Virus record (IMG/VR): IMGVR_UViG_3300021960_000052
Direction: 5' to 3' (one strand)
Length of the DNA stretch: 64,000 nt
From: an uncultured virus (IMG/VR IMGVR_UViG_3300021960_000052)
Taxonomy: Duplodnaviria > Heunggongvirae > Uroviricota > Caudoviricetes
Both the position numbers and the translations under genes were made by a program. This document shows, in pieces, positions 41,301 through 48,392 of this stretch (within the stretch, counting starts at the first letter, position 1; the number at the start of each line of letters is the position of its first letter). The notes beneath the pieces were generated by a model. That model saw only the letters and a list, made by a program, of their open reading frames with translations. It did no database searches and was not told the DNA's origin.

Positions 41301-44173
41301 CACGTCCAGGCTCAGATTATACCAATGAAGGTTGGGCAGGCCAAAGTCAAACTAAATTCTTTACATTTGATGGAACCAATAGAACATTAAGTTTTGATGG
41401 ATTAATTGACGTTCCATCTGCTGTAATTGCTTATGAAGTATCTACAGGTAAACAACTAGTGTTTGAGTATGGTGATACACCTGTAGACACAGTTGACTAC
41501 ACCGTTAATTGGAATGATAAAACAATTACACTAACAGATGGTAGATTCTCAACAGGTGATATTATTGGTATAACAGCACACGGCATTGGCGGTGGTAATC
41601 AACTATTAGTTAAAGATTATATTGCTGAAGATTATATAACAACAGAAGGCCATGCAGAATTTATTTTACCAATTGAACATGAACAAATTAAAAACTTAGA
41701 AGTTTTAGTTAATGGTGAGAAGATTGTAAACTGGACACTAGAAACATACGAAACATGGCACACTAAATTACGTGTTGGTAGCCGTGACGTAAATGGTGAC
41801 GGTGCTCCAGATGTAGATCAAGTTGTTAACGTTAACTCAGCAGTTGGCGGAGGCGTAGTAGATCCAGAATACAACAATGGTGCAGTTACTAATGTTATTG
41901 GAGATGGTAGTGATTTCTTCAAACGTGAAGTTACAACCAACGGTGTTAGAATAATGGGTGCTGGCACAGTAGGTGGGCAAACAGCAGTTCCGGATGCGTG
42001 GTTAGAAAAAGTAGCACGTATGTTTGAATTGTTTACAGATTCATCTGGCGCAGGTATTAACGAAGAATATCAAAGAAACTTAATTAAAACACTAAGTGGT
42101 GATATAGGAACTTATCACGCTGGTAAACCAACAATACAAAGAGTAGCTAGAGGTGCTGGCTCTGACTATAATCCAAACTTCTTAACTGACGCAGGTGTTA
42201 TTGCTTGGAACCTAACAGACTTGTTTGATAATACTGTTCAGAACGATATGGTGTGGTATTTAAATTCAACAGGCAGTGGGTATGGCGATGGCGACATTGA
42301 CGCACAAGAAGTTATCGAACACGTATTCCATACACTTCATATGCACGGATTACCTGCAGATGATATAAAACTATACCCGTTCTTAGCCGCTGATTGGGAC
42401 ACTAGTGAGTTATATGCGGCAATGGTAGAAGCATATGACGCAGGCAAGTGGGATCCATCGGGCTACGAGCCAAGTCCGGGTGCTTTTAAAACAAACTCAG
42501 ATGCGTTTGAAGTAGCGGCAAAAGAATACTTATACTTGTTGAATTTCTGTATGTTTGAATACACAGACTTATGGGAAGGCGGAAGTCTTGCACCAGAATG
42601 GTCAGATGATATGCGTACCAAAGCAGGCATTCTAGCAAATAACCCATTAGGTTATGCTTTCCACAACACATATATTAAACCAGTTATCAGCAAACCATCA
42701 TTGGCAACTATTAGAAGCATATTCCAAGATGGTAATACACCAGCACAAGACAATCCAGCACTAGCAGGCGCATCAGGTTATGTGGCAGACGCCATTGGAG
42801 GTAAGAGAGCGTTACGTGCAACAGACTACATTCATTTTGCAGTGTTAGGACACGATGCAGACTATGAGCCAAGTCTTGGTACACTGCTATTAGAATACAA
42901 TCCAGCAGTTCACTGTGATGTTTCATATCCTAAGGTTGATGCTTACTATGTAACAGATGCTTCAGAATATGTATACCCAATATATCAAGACATACACGGA
43001 CACGGTATCAATCCTGAATTTGCTCAGGTAATGTTAAATGGTCATAGACTAAGACCACCAGAAGGTTTAGAATGGACTGGCGATGGCGTAACAACAGACT
43101 TTACACTAGATTTACAAACAACAGTAGGTCAAGGCTTAATTGCAGACAACGACTTATCTGTTTACGTTGATGAATATGAATTAACATTGTATGCAGACTA
43201 TGTACTATCACCATACGATGGTTCAAGTGATAGAATAGTTACTCTACAAAATGCTCCAGCAGATGGCAAAAAAGTTAAAATATTTGTAAACACAGGTGCA
43301 GAGTATGCTATACATAGACACAGTCACAACGGTGGAGGAGTAGGAAATAGTCTACACATTAGATCATCAGGCTTAACGCTACGAGCTGGTGACCATATTG
43401 CTGTAACATCATGGGGCTTTACTGATGAGTTAGATGGTATAACTCGAGTATACCAAGGTCCAACACGGTCAGGATTTACTACAAGAACAACATTTGACTC
43501 AGTAGGTTTTGACACAGAAGCAGGCTTTGATAGACAAGTTGGTGTTACCATTGATCAATCTGTTTACTTCTTAGGTAGAACTATTACTGCACCTGAGCGT
43601 GTTATTGTAAGTGTTAACGGTGAGCGTAAGTTCTACGGTACAGACTGGAAATTACTAGACGGCGATAATAGATACATTGAGTTCTACTCAGTAGATGTAC
43701 AATCTTCAGATTTAGTTGAAGTGTCTTTAAGAACAGAGAACCTAGTACCTAATGCAATGACGTTCCAGCTCTTTAAAGACATGAACGATACAGCAGGTAT
43801 TTGGAGATGTGGTGTATCTTCAATTGCACGTTTAACCCAGCAAGTTGAAGCCGACGATACAGTAATTTACTTAGATGATGTAACTAAATTAGGTGAACCT
43901 AAGATTGACGAAGGATTATTTGGATTTGTTATGATAGGTGCTGAGCGTATAAGTTATAGAAAACGTGATCTAACAACAAATTCTATTTCTGGACTACGTA
44001 GAGGAGTTCATGGTACAGCTATTACAACACATCCTTTAGGCACAGATGTAGTAAGTATGGCAAGTGCAGAATATGTAAACTGGAGTTACTCACAATCGTT
44101 GTATGTTAACAACGGTAAACCATTAACACAGCAAGAAACAATTCCGGCCAAGTTCTTAAGAAGGGCGAATTAA
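29309..44173 (+). CDS. Giant (4954 aa) baseplate / virion structural protein, gp7-like position, multidomain
   Basis: Uninterrupted ORF after gp6, N-terminal LLPEIFRT..N.KFL. Contains FG-GAP-like repeats (FG..V....DG...VGAP), GDG.T..F beta modules, G.GY...P motifs and an internal zincin-like insert. Confidence 0.8.
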   Translation: MARYTRTIDLLPEIFRTTTNEKFLNATLDQIVQRPQLRKVEGYIGRRVGLGVDGKDSYVLEQDQERAAYQLEPTVTWKKKDTNQTHDFLTYPGIVDALQVNSALTDRHDRLFDSEYYSWDPFVDYDKHVNFSQYYWLPQGPDSVDVSSTEISTSDAYTVTRNEFDYTLSGVEGPNPTITVVRGGNYKFNVQQTGTPFWIQAAPGSNGQMPGQPNQSSREVMGVTNNGDDNGIVEFNVPLDTEQNFFLNMDTVGTVDLVTSLRFDEIHNQLVRPFLDKHDGIDEVTDLRNRTIIFINRNPGNGDDSGWKRDSRFDEARFDENGTSFAESEEITSKTDRYSIYRIEYRYEGQDSSSDVFDASGKNPYMVLNKVKEIPSLKKVHIQYGTEYNNKFMWKTSEGFFELQPHITAINDTLYYQDGTDTNRFGIIRVVDAVDQLTLNIEDIIGKKQYTSPTGVTFSNGMKVQFRGGTKPEQYQDKSYYVEGVGTAIKLLPVEEFLTPESYTISETQPFDVSGYDEQPWDSSLNAPTIKDYITINRGSGDNNPWSRSNRWFHISVIKASAEYNKTVANLDQTARAKRPILEFNDGLRLFNFGTDGKRAVDIIDLRQRDALSNVAGKIGYNIDGLSLFDGARIIFAVDEDPRVRNKIYQVRMVDPIGLTEDPSQLSEKIIQLVEADDTNVLQDQTVFVKSGITLQGKSYRYDGTKWTATQQKTKVNQAPLFDIFDKAGSSIGNTVKYPSTNFTGTKLFSYASGSGPLDSELGMRLKYLNINNVGDIVFENNLYKDTFVYTINNVSTTTDVATGFIRKYTDRTNFKLQTGWEKAVGSTRQAQIFTFTNTNKCICDVRYIDGDNKVVVYADNVYINPSDYTLTRTAKTSTIELKTKAEIINIHIISDQKSKVAYYEMPSNLSDNSVNDSFETVTLGTIRNHFVGLAQSHPELKGVVLGENNIRDLGNIVGYGKQIVEQSSPLQFTAIFAKDSNINFFDSVEYASNEYEKFKTRLIDTLTKNDYQGTADERLDQAFADLNKGRNPDMPFYWADTIPCGQVYEESKITITPIDDNVFDLLKIYDFTKANYQGLLVYLNDNILLKDIDYTISTDSPRLTVLKTLKQGDVIRIREYQSTAGSFVPPTPTKLGMFNVFKPEVFTDDSYTTPQQILQGHDGSRIITFGDNRDEVLYEFESRIYNNIKVPKDRKIPLRWYDIIPGKFRTTDYADSEITDLMSESFLSWVAWNKLDYKEQDYDSNNKKTWNYSRATDRLDGSLLKGGWRANLYKFYDTDVPHLRPWEMFGFSEEPTWWQRQYGPAPYTGDNMVLWDDMANGVVAHPDGDYIIEDFKRPRLQEVIPTGDEGDLEASFDVLVKNYDLLSTRKSWLVGDMGPVETAWRRSSAYPFAVMKLLAQTKPAQFFSLMADRDRYIYSSELDQYVLDGRYRLTSQNIEIYGEGTIKHSYINWCVDFARRQGIVNKQEIVDLFRNTKINLVYRVGGFTDKQYLKMFTEKTSPNSLNANLLLPDESYEILLYNNEPFDEVVYSSVIVQKVKGGYAVYGNSKETPYFKVYESITNGNYKNVTVGDDTVRMSLDFTNKEVLIPYGYTFTSKGAMVDFLVSYGSWLQSKGFIFEDKHDDYLLNWGQMVNEFLYWNQQGWQEGAIINLNPAANEIRIERIGAVAAPMLGRRADEFILDQNLQPIIKENLAWDRLGNELRISSLDESAISFLKIKFTSYEHALVFSNTSIFNDLLYDPATGARQQRLKIVGTFSDNWDGTINAPGFIMNQPNVEEWKSNREYSKGDIVRYKSNYYSALRRLNPAELFDFADWAETEYESVKTGMLPNIALKAQQSEKFYDLSEANLESDADLLGFGLIGFRTRNYMQGLNLDDVSQTNVYKNFIGAKGSNRAMNLFKSAQLDKELTEYDIYENWAVRSGFYGANSNRSYVEVNLNGDRLTGNPATVKITNSSLVGTTVNQIVRLDDIYKSSYKVIDENILPTVDYQDVENSLPTAGFVNVEDVDIKSYELSSLDAVVENLDEITEGTKIWVAKDNNYSWNVYRATVLRAEPILVFDNLDGTSSITFNGHHHLNKDDIVVIKFFSQQVDGAFKVKSVTAVDKIIVDLEFSSEITVLEDLGVAFVLQSSKVFQGSDIADLPFIKNMQTGEKIWVDGTQWKVLQKFNPFSNVNNIWSKTLKTPVTNANFGQVVSQTPDGLTAMVGAPAWRDRGAVHVWGALGNGDLSEGTRLSLGKTTSTVDNQLSEYGASVDCANSGWHIIGAPGHRSNEGLAVLVKQVSAGVIKELQVLTLPGANRFGESVIFTNDNKWAFVGSPGDEKVYAYQYKEYEQQKHDFLADGTSLVYNVGDYIEVDDETQISMNIDNIVQIPVTDYTMTGGNITFVEAPKAGQRIEIVRKYVHQATGDGSTVDYNISSLYKATSIETFNVILDEELLRPGYDYTFNPSTKVITFTLTNKSGTPIAPPGGQLILVETIDHFKYVSTIHNPGEVGNGFGTSLATTAEGRQLFIGATTGVGEDSTDSIGKVYVYDRDVERFQVKNNTTLAFTTTEAIQGTARVTVNNADLYDSDYYLLKGNYTQSGQTFTIQDAAVDLGDFVEIETNNFRLAGILYKPDVMQGAQFGYSVKVCPTNCSIYVGAPGDSAILDSAGSVTRFVNRSRLYGSITGSIANPVITPGTKLRINNYYVTATGTTVEDFVKDIKDANLPNITASVVDSKIKINLVNVNAAPAANKLYIYPADSSSLIEDLGLELFPSMQTIQNPYPITNARFGHALDISNDAFSVVIGAPNGATNLEVTLDKNLTKFDAGGTKIKDVQTQSGAVYTYDYLTSDNDTYDNPGKFAYGQQINDSQVHPLSGFGTSVDYGNAKLLIGAPHQLVDIDDPTSDKIGRIVRFVNENFTPVWQVVEKETPTVNTKLINSMFIYNKVTDKVLTYLDYIDPVQGKILGAAQQNIDLTIPDDPAQYNNGTNNNFGMTWGAERVGTIWWDVSTAKFINYNQSTADYRAKRIGNLFPGSSIDVYQWISSDVPPGEYEGEGQVFSTEDYSLLSDVRQGGELVTKYYFWVKNLTSVNRKQGKTLSPFTIKQYIETPKSSGIPYIAAVDKNTFALFNAQEYIQDTNSVLHIEFDKIETDNNVHVEYELIREKDPTQFLTDNLYRKFLDSFCGVDTAGNIVPDPTLSLTDRRGVEFRPRQTMFVDRFKALENYLTAVNRILKQLPITEIRSYPLLNSQEEMPGKPSGTWDIMLEDIAELSYQKLNIDPIGYRYLVKSDANNGNLWTIYTLQPNRTLLLTRVQNYKTTRYWNFVDWYEAGYNTLDKPTKEVNQYADLGTLTTAIVGSIVKVRSNAQGKFEIYRKDTTGWTRVGLEKGTIKISNSIFDYDIDRNGFDNEVFDAQYFDQEAVLELRQIIKSINEELFVGDLAHHRIALITLMFNYVLSEQQSTDWLVKTSLIDVKHTLRELKPFTILKRDNQDFVEQYIQEVKPYRTQVKEFNLVYKGDDNFKGDPTDFDLPAQFNTELNKYISPRHVLDQENITGEGVYQLTDPIWLTGNYSQWRQNFALSIRSVAVINPGSGYSEPPQVIITGECDIPAEMTARVSSAGKLIAVNVDYPGQGYTSTPVITLKGGNGTGAKVAAITAPGDVRSYTTTIKFDRYEYSTSIVDWEPETAYTENQLVRFNNKVYSIEWADGSTLTKATFDPLDYKLVDVTDLSGVDRTMGLYQPGNNYPGLDLSLLVYGTEYPGVNILGPNFSQNTGWDVGNWDVNPYDNIDFDENGKPSYSETILDAKYQGGDYSGTSADAQYNVDLETKVFSLTTSSPNSEHGDIDFNFDDPWLWSWESDFYRPTGGVDVQKPSLVLQRGSTYKFENHTYGHNLWLRSKALSEAEYVAGNTELYILSQDDGVINNGAKRSSPTDLTPAVITWTVPLDYPGDSVVIQHSQYGMADTVKISGEIINPVTGRPTDIDVNGGAFVDSYNSHAPQELVPGAMFDTLNIQVNTRPGSDYTNEGWAGQSQTKFFTFDGTNRTLSFDGLIDVPSAVIAYEVSTGKQLVFEYGDTPVDTVDYTVNWNDKTITLTDGRFSTGDIIGITAHGIGGGNQLLVKDYIAEDYITTEGHAEFILPIEHEQIKNLEVLVNGEKIVNWTLETYETWHTKLRVGSRDVNGDGAPDVDQVVNVNSAVGGGVVDPEYNNGAVTNVIGDGSDFFKREVTTNGVRIMGAGTVGGQTAVPDAWLEKVARMFELFTDSSGAGINEEYQRNLIKTLSGDIGTYHAGKPTIQRVARGAGSDYNPNFLTDAGVIAWNLTDLFDNTVQNDMVWYLNSTGSGYGDGDIDAQEVIEHVFHTLHMHGLPADDIKLYPFLAADWDTSELYAAMVEAYDAGKWDPSGYEPSPGAFKTNSDAFEVAAKEYLYLLNFCMFEYTDLWEGGSLAPEWSDDMRTKAGILANNPLGYAFHNTYIKPVISKPSLATIRSIFQDGNTPAQDNPALAGASGYVADAIGGKRALRATDYIHFAVLGHDADYEPSLGTLLLEYNPAVHCDVSYPKVDAYYVTDASEYVYPIYQDIHGHGINPEFAQVMLNGHRLRPPEGLEWTGDGVTTDFTLDLQTTVGQGLIADNDLSVYVDEYELTLYADYVLSPYDGSSDRIVTLQNAPADGKKVKIFVNTGAEYAIHRHSHNGGGVGNSLHIRSSGLTLRAGDHIAVTSWGFTDELDGITRVYQGPTRSGFTTRTTFDSVGFDTEAGFDRQVGVTIDQSVYFLGRTITAPERVIVSVNGERKFYGTDWKLLDGDNRYIEFYSVDVQSSDLVEVSLRTENLVPNAMTFQLFKDMNDTAGIWRCGVSSIARLTQQVEADDTVIYLDDVTKLGEPKIDEGLFGFVMIGAERISYRKRDLTTNSISGLRRGVHGTAITTHPLGTDVVSMASAEYVNWSYSQSLYVNNGKPLTQQETIPAKFLRRAN

Positions 44174-44177
44174 GTAG

Positions 44178-44185
44178 GATAAATA
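44178..44185 (+). promoter_or_regulatory. Late promoter GATAAATA
   Basis: 4 nt before ATG 44190. Confidence 0.6.
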
Positions 44186-44189
44186 TAGT

Positions 44190-44834
44190 ATGGACGATAA
44201 ACAAGATAAAAATATGGAAAACAAAAAACCTGACGAAACTTCAGGTGTGCTGATTGAAGGTCATATCAAGATCTTTGATCCAAACACCAAAGAAGTATTA
44301 GTAGACAAGCGTAATGCTATTCATTATGAGAACTTCTCAAACAGTTTAGCACAGGCTATGGCTAACAAAAACTTAGGTCACATCTATCAAATGTCATTTG
44401 GCAACGGTGGATCATCAGTTGATTCAACTGGTGTTATTACATACCTGCCACCAAACACAGTTGGTAAAAATGCTGACTTATATAATGAAACATACAGTAA
44501 GGTTGTTGATGATACAGCGGCGGCAAACACAGACCCTGCTCGTAATAAACTTACAGTGTTACATACATCAGGCAAAGTTTATACAGATATACTAGTAAGT
44601 TGCTTATTGGACTATGGTGAACCTGCAGGACAAGAAGCATTCGACAACTCAACAAGTCTAGATGGAGAGTATGTATTTGACGAGTTGGGTTTAAAATCAT
44701 GGCAAGGTAGTGCAACTGATTTAGATCTAGTTACACATGTGATATTCCACCCTGTACAAAAGTCTTTAAACAGACAGATTCAAATTGATTACACGGTGAG
44801 AATACAAACGTTAACCAACCTTTCTAGTACTTAA
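44190..44834 (+). CDS. Virion / baseplate structural protein
   Basis: Position in the baseplate module; FDELGL...THVIFHPVQKS.NR.I.I.YT.RI resembles baseplate/tail-collar proteins. Confidence 0.65.
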   Translation: MDDKQDKNMENKKPDETSGVLIEGHIKIFDPNTKEVLVDKRNAIHYENFSNSLAQAMANKNLGHIYQMSFGNGGSSVDSTGVITYLPPNTVGKNADLYNETYSKVVDDTAAANTDPARNKLTVLHTSGKVYTDILVSCLLDYGEPAGQEAFDNSTSLDGEYVFDELGLKSWQGSATDLDLVTHVIFHPVQKSLNRQIQIDYTVRIQTLTNLSST

Positions 44835-44857
44835 TAAGTGCTAATATAATAGGTTGT

Positions 44858-44865
44858 GATAAATA
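44858..44865 (+). promoter_or_regulatory. Late promoter GATAAATA
   Basis: Intergenic, upstream of GGAG SD and ATG 44895. Confidence 0.7.
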
Positions 44866-44894
44866 ATACTATAAAGGATACGGAGTATTAAAAG

Positions 44895-46247
44895 ATGGCA
44901 TATACAATTAATTTAACAGATGGTACTATATTTGCTACAGTAGCAGACGGTACTATTAACACAGATAGTTCGCTTACTATTGTAGGTAAGAACTATGCTG
45001 GTTATGGCGAGTTCTTAAATGAGAACATGGTCAAACTATTGGAGAGTGGTGCAAACACTACTCAACCTTCAGCACCTTTAACAGGTCAGCTATGGTTTGA
45101 TAAAAGTGGTGGCTTATTAAAAGTTTACAACGGGTCAACATTTAAAAACTTAGGTTCAGCAACTGCAAGTGGATCAGCACCAGCATCAGTGGTCACTGGT
45201 GATTTATGGTTTGATACTACAAACAGTCAGCTAAAAGTGTACGATGGTGCAAGTTGGATCTTAGTTGGTCCAGCATTTACAGCAGGTACTGGTACTTCTG
45301 GTGCTATTGTTGATACAATAGAAGACACAGGTGGTACAGATCACGTTGTTGTAAAAATGTATGTAGAAGATACTATTGTAAGTATCACTTCAAAAGATGC
45401 TACATTTACTCCATCAGTGGCAATTTCAGGATTTGCAACAATTGGTCCTGGTACAAACATGAGTTCAACAGTTTCAAATGCTATCTTTAATGGTAAATCC
45501 GCTAACGCAGAATTGTTAGACGGTATTGACTCAACAGGATTTTTATCATCAACAACAAATGATACAACATCAGGCACACTAGGCGTGTTAAATGACACAG
45601 GTCTTGCAGTTGGTGTAGACAGTGACTTAAGAGTAACCGTATCCGGCTCTGACGTTACTATTGCTAACCAAACTTCAGACGGTGACTTAAATCTTTCAAT
45701 TAACGACGGTGGTTCACAAACTACTATTATTAACATTGATGGTCCAACAGCATCATTTAACCCAGGTGCTAACGCAACAATTAACATGGGTACATCAAGT
45801 CTAAGATTTAATACAATATTTGCTCAAAGATTTGATGGTACAGCATCAACAGCAGAATACGCTGACTTGGCTGAACGTTTTGAGGCAGATGACGTATACG
45901 TGCCAGGTACAGTTGTAGAATTAGGTGGTGCTAAAGAAATTACAAAAGCAACAAGTGAACTAAGTGATGAAGTATTTGGTGTTATTTCAACCAGAGCGGC
46001 ATACTTAATGAATTCAGGCGCAGGTAGTGATGCTACACATCCACCGGTTGCTATGTCAGGAAGAGTTCCTGTTAGAGTAATTGGCACAGTGAATAAAGGC
46101 GATCGTTTAGTTTCAGCTGGTAACGGCTTAGCAAGAGCCGCATTAAAAACAGAAGTTAATAACTTTAACGTTATTGGCCGTGCTTTAGAAACTAAATATA
46201 GCGAAGAAGAAGGCACAGTTGAAGCGATCGTAGCAATCGTTCACTAA
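44895..46247 (+). CDS. Short tail fibre / baseplate protein with a C-terminal intramolecular chaperone (peptidase G2-like autocleavage) domain
   Basis: MAYTIN.TDG, GKNY.GYGE..NEN, repeated G.LWFD....LKVY.G; C-terminal YADLAERFEAD...PGTVV..GG..EI, GVIST and GRVPV.V.G.V.KGD.LV. Confidence 0.8.
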   Translation: MAYTINLTDGTIFATVADGTINTDSSLTIVGKNYAGYGEFLNENMVKLLESGANTTQPSAPLTGQLWFDKSGGLLKVYNGSTFKNLGSATASGSAPASVVTGDLWFDTTNSQLKVYDGASWILVGPAFTAGTGTSGAIVDTIEDTGGTDHVVVKMYVEDTIVSITSKDATFTPSVAISGFATIGPGTNMSSTVSNAIFNGKSANAELLDGIDSTGFLSSTTNDTTSGTLGVLNDTGLAVGVDSDLRVTVSGSDVTIANQTSDGDLNLSINDGGSQTTIINIDGPTASFNPGANATINMGTSSLRFNTIFAQRFDGTASTAEYADLAERFEADDVYVPGTVVELGGAKEITKATSELSDEVFGVISTRAAYLMNSGAGSDATHPPVAMSGRVPVRVIGTVNKGDRLVSAGNGLARAALKTEVNNFNVIGRALETKYSEEEGTVEAIVAIVH

Positions 46248-46271
46248 TTTTTAACATAGGAAATAGTAAAA

Positions 46272-47252
46272 ATGGCATATACCGCAGGCGATACAATACT
46301 AGATGACGAATATAACACGTTTGTCACAGGTGGTGCAGACGGAACAGCAACACATACAGTTGCCAACGTAAACTCAGTATGGGGCACAGGTTCAGCAGAT
46401 AAAGGTTGGGGTCAGACGTCAACTATCTCAGCAGTGTCGGCAGGAACAACAATTACTGCAACACAGTGGAACTCCTTTTTAGGACGTATTGAAACACTTG
46501 GTGCACACCAAGGTACTACAGTAACAGATTATACTGCATTAACATCAAGCGATCTAGTTGAAGCATATTCAACAGTATCAACAGATTTAACAAACGTATA
46601 TAACAACAGATTTGACTGTGCCGCTGTCGGTACAGGTATTAACAGTTCAGCTTCAAGAACTACAAGTTGGACAACATCAGTTAATACAACACAACAATTA
46701 GCATTTTCAAGTGCAGACACGCTACGTTATTTCTTTAACGCAGGTGGTACAGTGAGATTATCATTTAGCCGTTCAGGTGGTACATCAAACAATAAAAACA
46801 CAGAATGGACAGATTTATGCTCACGTGCAGGTACAGTTTGGTTCTCTGGTTCAGCTAGCCACACTGTTGCTGGTCAAGCATTAACAGGTACAACTAAAGT
46901 TGGTGGTAACACAGGTGGTACAGGTTCAGCAGTTTCAAATGTTGACTTCCACGATTTAACAGGTAGTTTCCAACAACTCTTTATTCAGTACGCTGACACA
47001 GCACCATACACAGCTAACTACATTAAAGTAGAAGCACTAGTTTCAGGTGGTAACATTCAGTTTAGAACAACATTCCAAGATGATGCGGCTGATACAGGTA
47101 ACCCAGCTCACGTATTAGCAGGTACCAACCCAGCTTCATTGGACATTGTAGACGGTACACTAACAGTATCAGTAAGTGCTGTTCCACCAGCAACTACTTA
47201 TATTGCTAATACATGGGGAACTCCAGCTTGGACTACTCCAGACGCACTATAA
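46272..47252 (+). CDS. T/S/G-rich virion structural protein
   Basis: MAY..G..I....YN, GWGQ, ITA.QW and RYFFNAGG motifs; followed by a terminator. Confidence 0.7.
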   Translation: MAYTAGDTILDDEYNTFVTGGADGTATHTVANVNSVWGTGSADKGWGQTSTISAVSAGTTITATQWNSFLGRIETLGAHQGTTVTDYTALTSSDLVEAYSTVSTDLTNVYNNRFDCAAVGTGINSSASRTTSWTTSVNTTQQLAFSSADTLRYFFNAGGTVRLSFSRSGGTSNNKNTEWTDLCSRAGTVWFSGSASHTVAGQALTGTTKVGGNTGGTGSAVSNVDFHDLTGSFQQLFIQYADTAPYTANYIKVEALVSGGNIQFRTTFQDDAADTGNPAHVLAGTNPASLDIVDGTLTVSVSAVPPATTYIANTWGTPAWTTPDAL

Positions 47253-47277
47253 TTAAGTAATACATTTTTACTATTTG

Positions 47278-47309
47278 ATAAAAGGTCTTTTTTTCCAAAG
47301 GCCTTTTAT
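47278..47309 (+). terminator. Intrinsic terminator ending the structural operon
   Basis: ATAAAAGGTCTTT...AAAGGCCTTTTAT inverted repeat followed by Ts. Confidence 0.75.
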
Positions 47310-47337
47310 TTTGGCCATAAGTAGTGTAAAATACATT

Positions 47338-47637
47338 ATGGACAATCTATCTACAACAATTAAAAGACGTTTCGATCACGAAGCAAGTAAGCAGGCTCTG
47401 AAAGAAAAGTATCAAGCAAAATTGATATTTGCTCATCAAGGAGGCATGTTCCGTGCTGGCCCTGAACTGATAACATTATTAAACAGTCTAACTCTGGATA
47501 CACCAGTTATAGTTGATCTATATGATACACCTGTAACTGTAGATAGAGTTCAGCTGTTAGAGGATACAGTACAGCGTTGGCAAGAACAACTGAATGCTTG
47601 GCAGACAGAATTGAGCGAATTATCAAGACAGCGATGA
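47338..47637 (+). CDS. Hypothetical protein, first gene of the tailoring cluster
   Basis: ATG 47338 follows the late-promoter variant CATAAGTA (47316-47323); the ORF-track start at 47275 lies in the terminator. Confidence 0.7.
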   Translation: MDNLSTTIKRRFDHEASKQALKEKYQAKLIFAHQGGMFRAGPELITLLNSLTLDTPVIVDLYDTPVTVDRVQLLEDTVQRWQEQLNAWQTELSELSRQR

Positions 47638-48392
47638 CCCGTGGAGTACTATTTTACGCATTTAACAACGAATCAACAGACTACGAAGCAATAGCAAAGT
47701 GGAATGCTGAACGTGTTAAAAAGTATCTAGGTTTACCTAGCACTATTATTACGGATAAAACTTTAGCAGAATCAGGTGGACAACGTTTAATGCACCCTGG
47801 TGTTGATCTAGAAACAGTTACTTGGTTAAACGCAGGTAGACATGGTGCTTATGAGCATACACCCTATGACGAAACAATAGTATTAGATGTAGACTACATT
47901 GTTAATTCAGATCAACTATTAAAGTTATTTGACACAGATAAAAGTTTTTTAATACAACAACGTGTACATGATGTTACTAATAGAAATGATTTTTTTGCAC
48001 AAACAACATTTGGACAACTACAGTTTCCGCAGTCATGGGCAACAGTAATTTACTTTAAAAAAGATGAACGTGCAAAAGAAATATTTGACTTTGTACGTAT
48101 GATTAAAGAAAACTACAGTCACTATGCTGAACTGTATAAGTTTGCACATAAGCCGTTTAGAAACGACTATGCGTTTAGTATAGCACTAACAGCACTTAGT
48201 GGACATACTGTAACAGATCAATACTGTATACCTTGGCCATTAACAACAAGTTCACATAATGTAGATGTTAGTGTAGAAGATAATAAGATACATTTAGAAT
48301 ATAAAAAGAATGATAAACCTATGCGTTTAACAATACAAGATCAAGACCTACACGTGTTAAACAAAAAGACACTGGAGAAGTTATTTGGATAG
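47634..48392 (+). CDS. GT-A fold glycosyltransferase-like protein
   Basis: TPYDETIVLDVDY (DxD), WATV.YFKK and FRNDYAFSIA; ATGA coupling gives start 47634. Confidence 0.65.
   Translation: MTRGVLFYAFNNESTDYEAIAKWNAERVKKYLGLPSTIITDKTLAESGGQRLMHPGVDLETVTWLNAGRHGAYEHTPYDETIVLDVDYIVNSDQLLKLFDTDKSFLIQQRVHDVTNRNDFFAQTTFGQLQFPQSWATVIYFKKDERAKEIFDFVRMIKENYSHYAELYKFAHKPFRNDYAFSIALTALSGHTVTDQYCIPWPLTTSSHNVDVSVEDNKIHLEYKKNDKPMRLTIQDQDLHVLNKKTLEKLFG

Noticed and set aside
29814..46720. Short alternative-frame and antisense ORFs within the giant protein and fibre genes
   Set aside because: Fully nested in well-supported genes, with atypical composition and no motifs.
47275..47337. N-terminal extension of the 120-aa ORF given in the track
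   Set aside because: It overlaps a terminator and the late promoter; ATG 47338 is the more plausible start.
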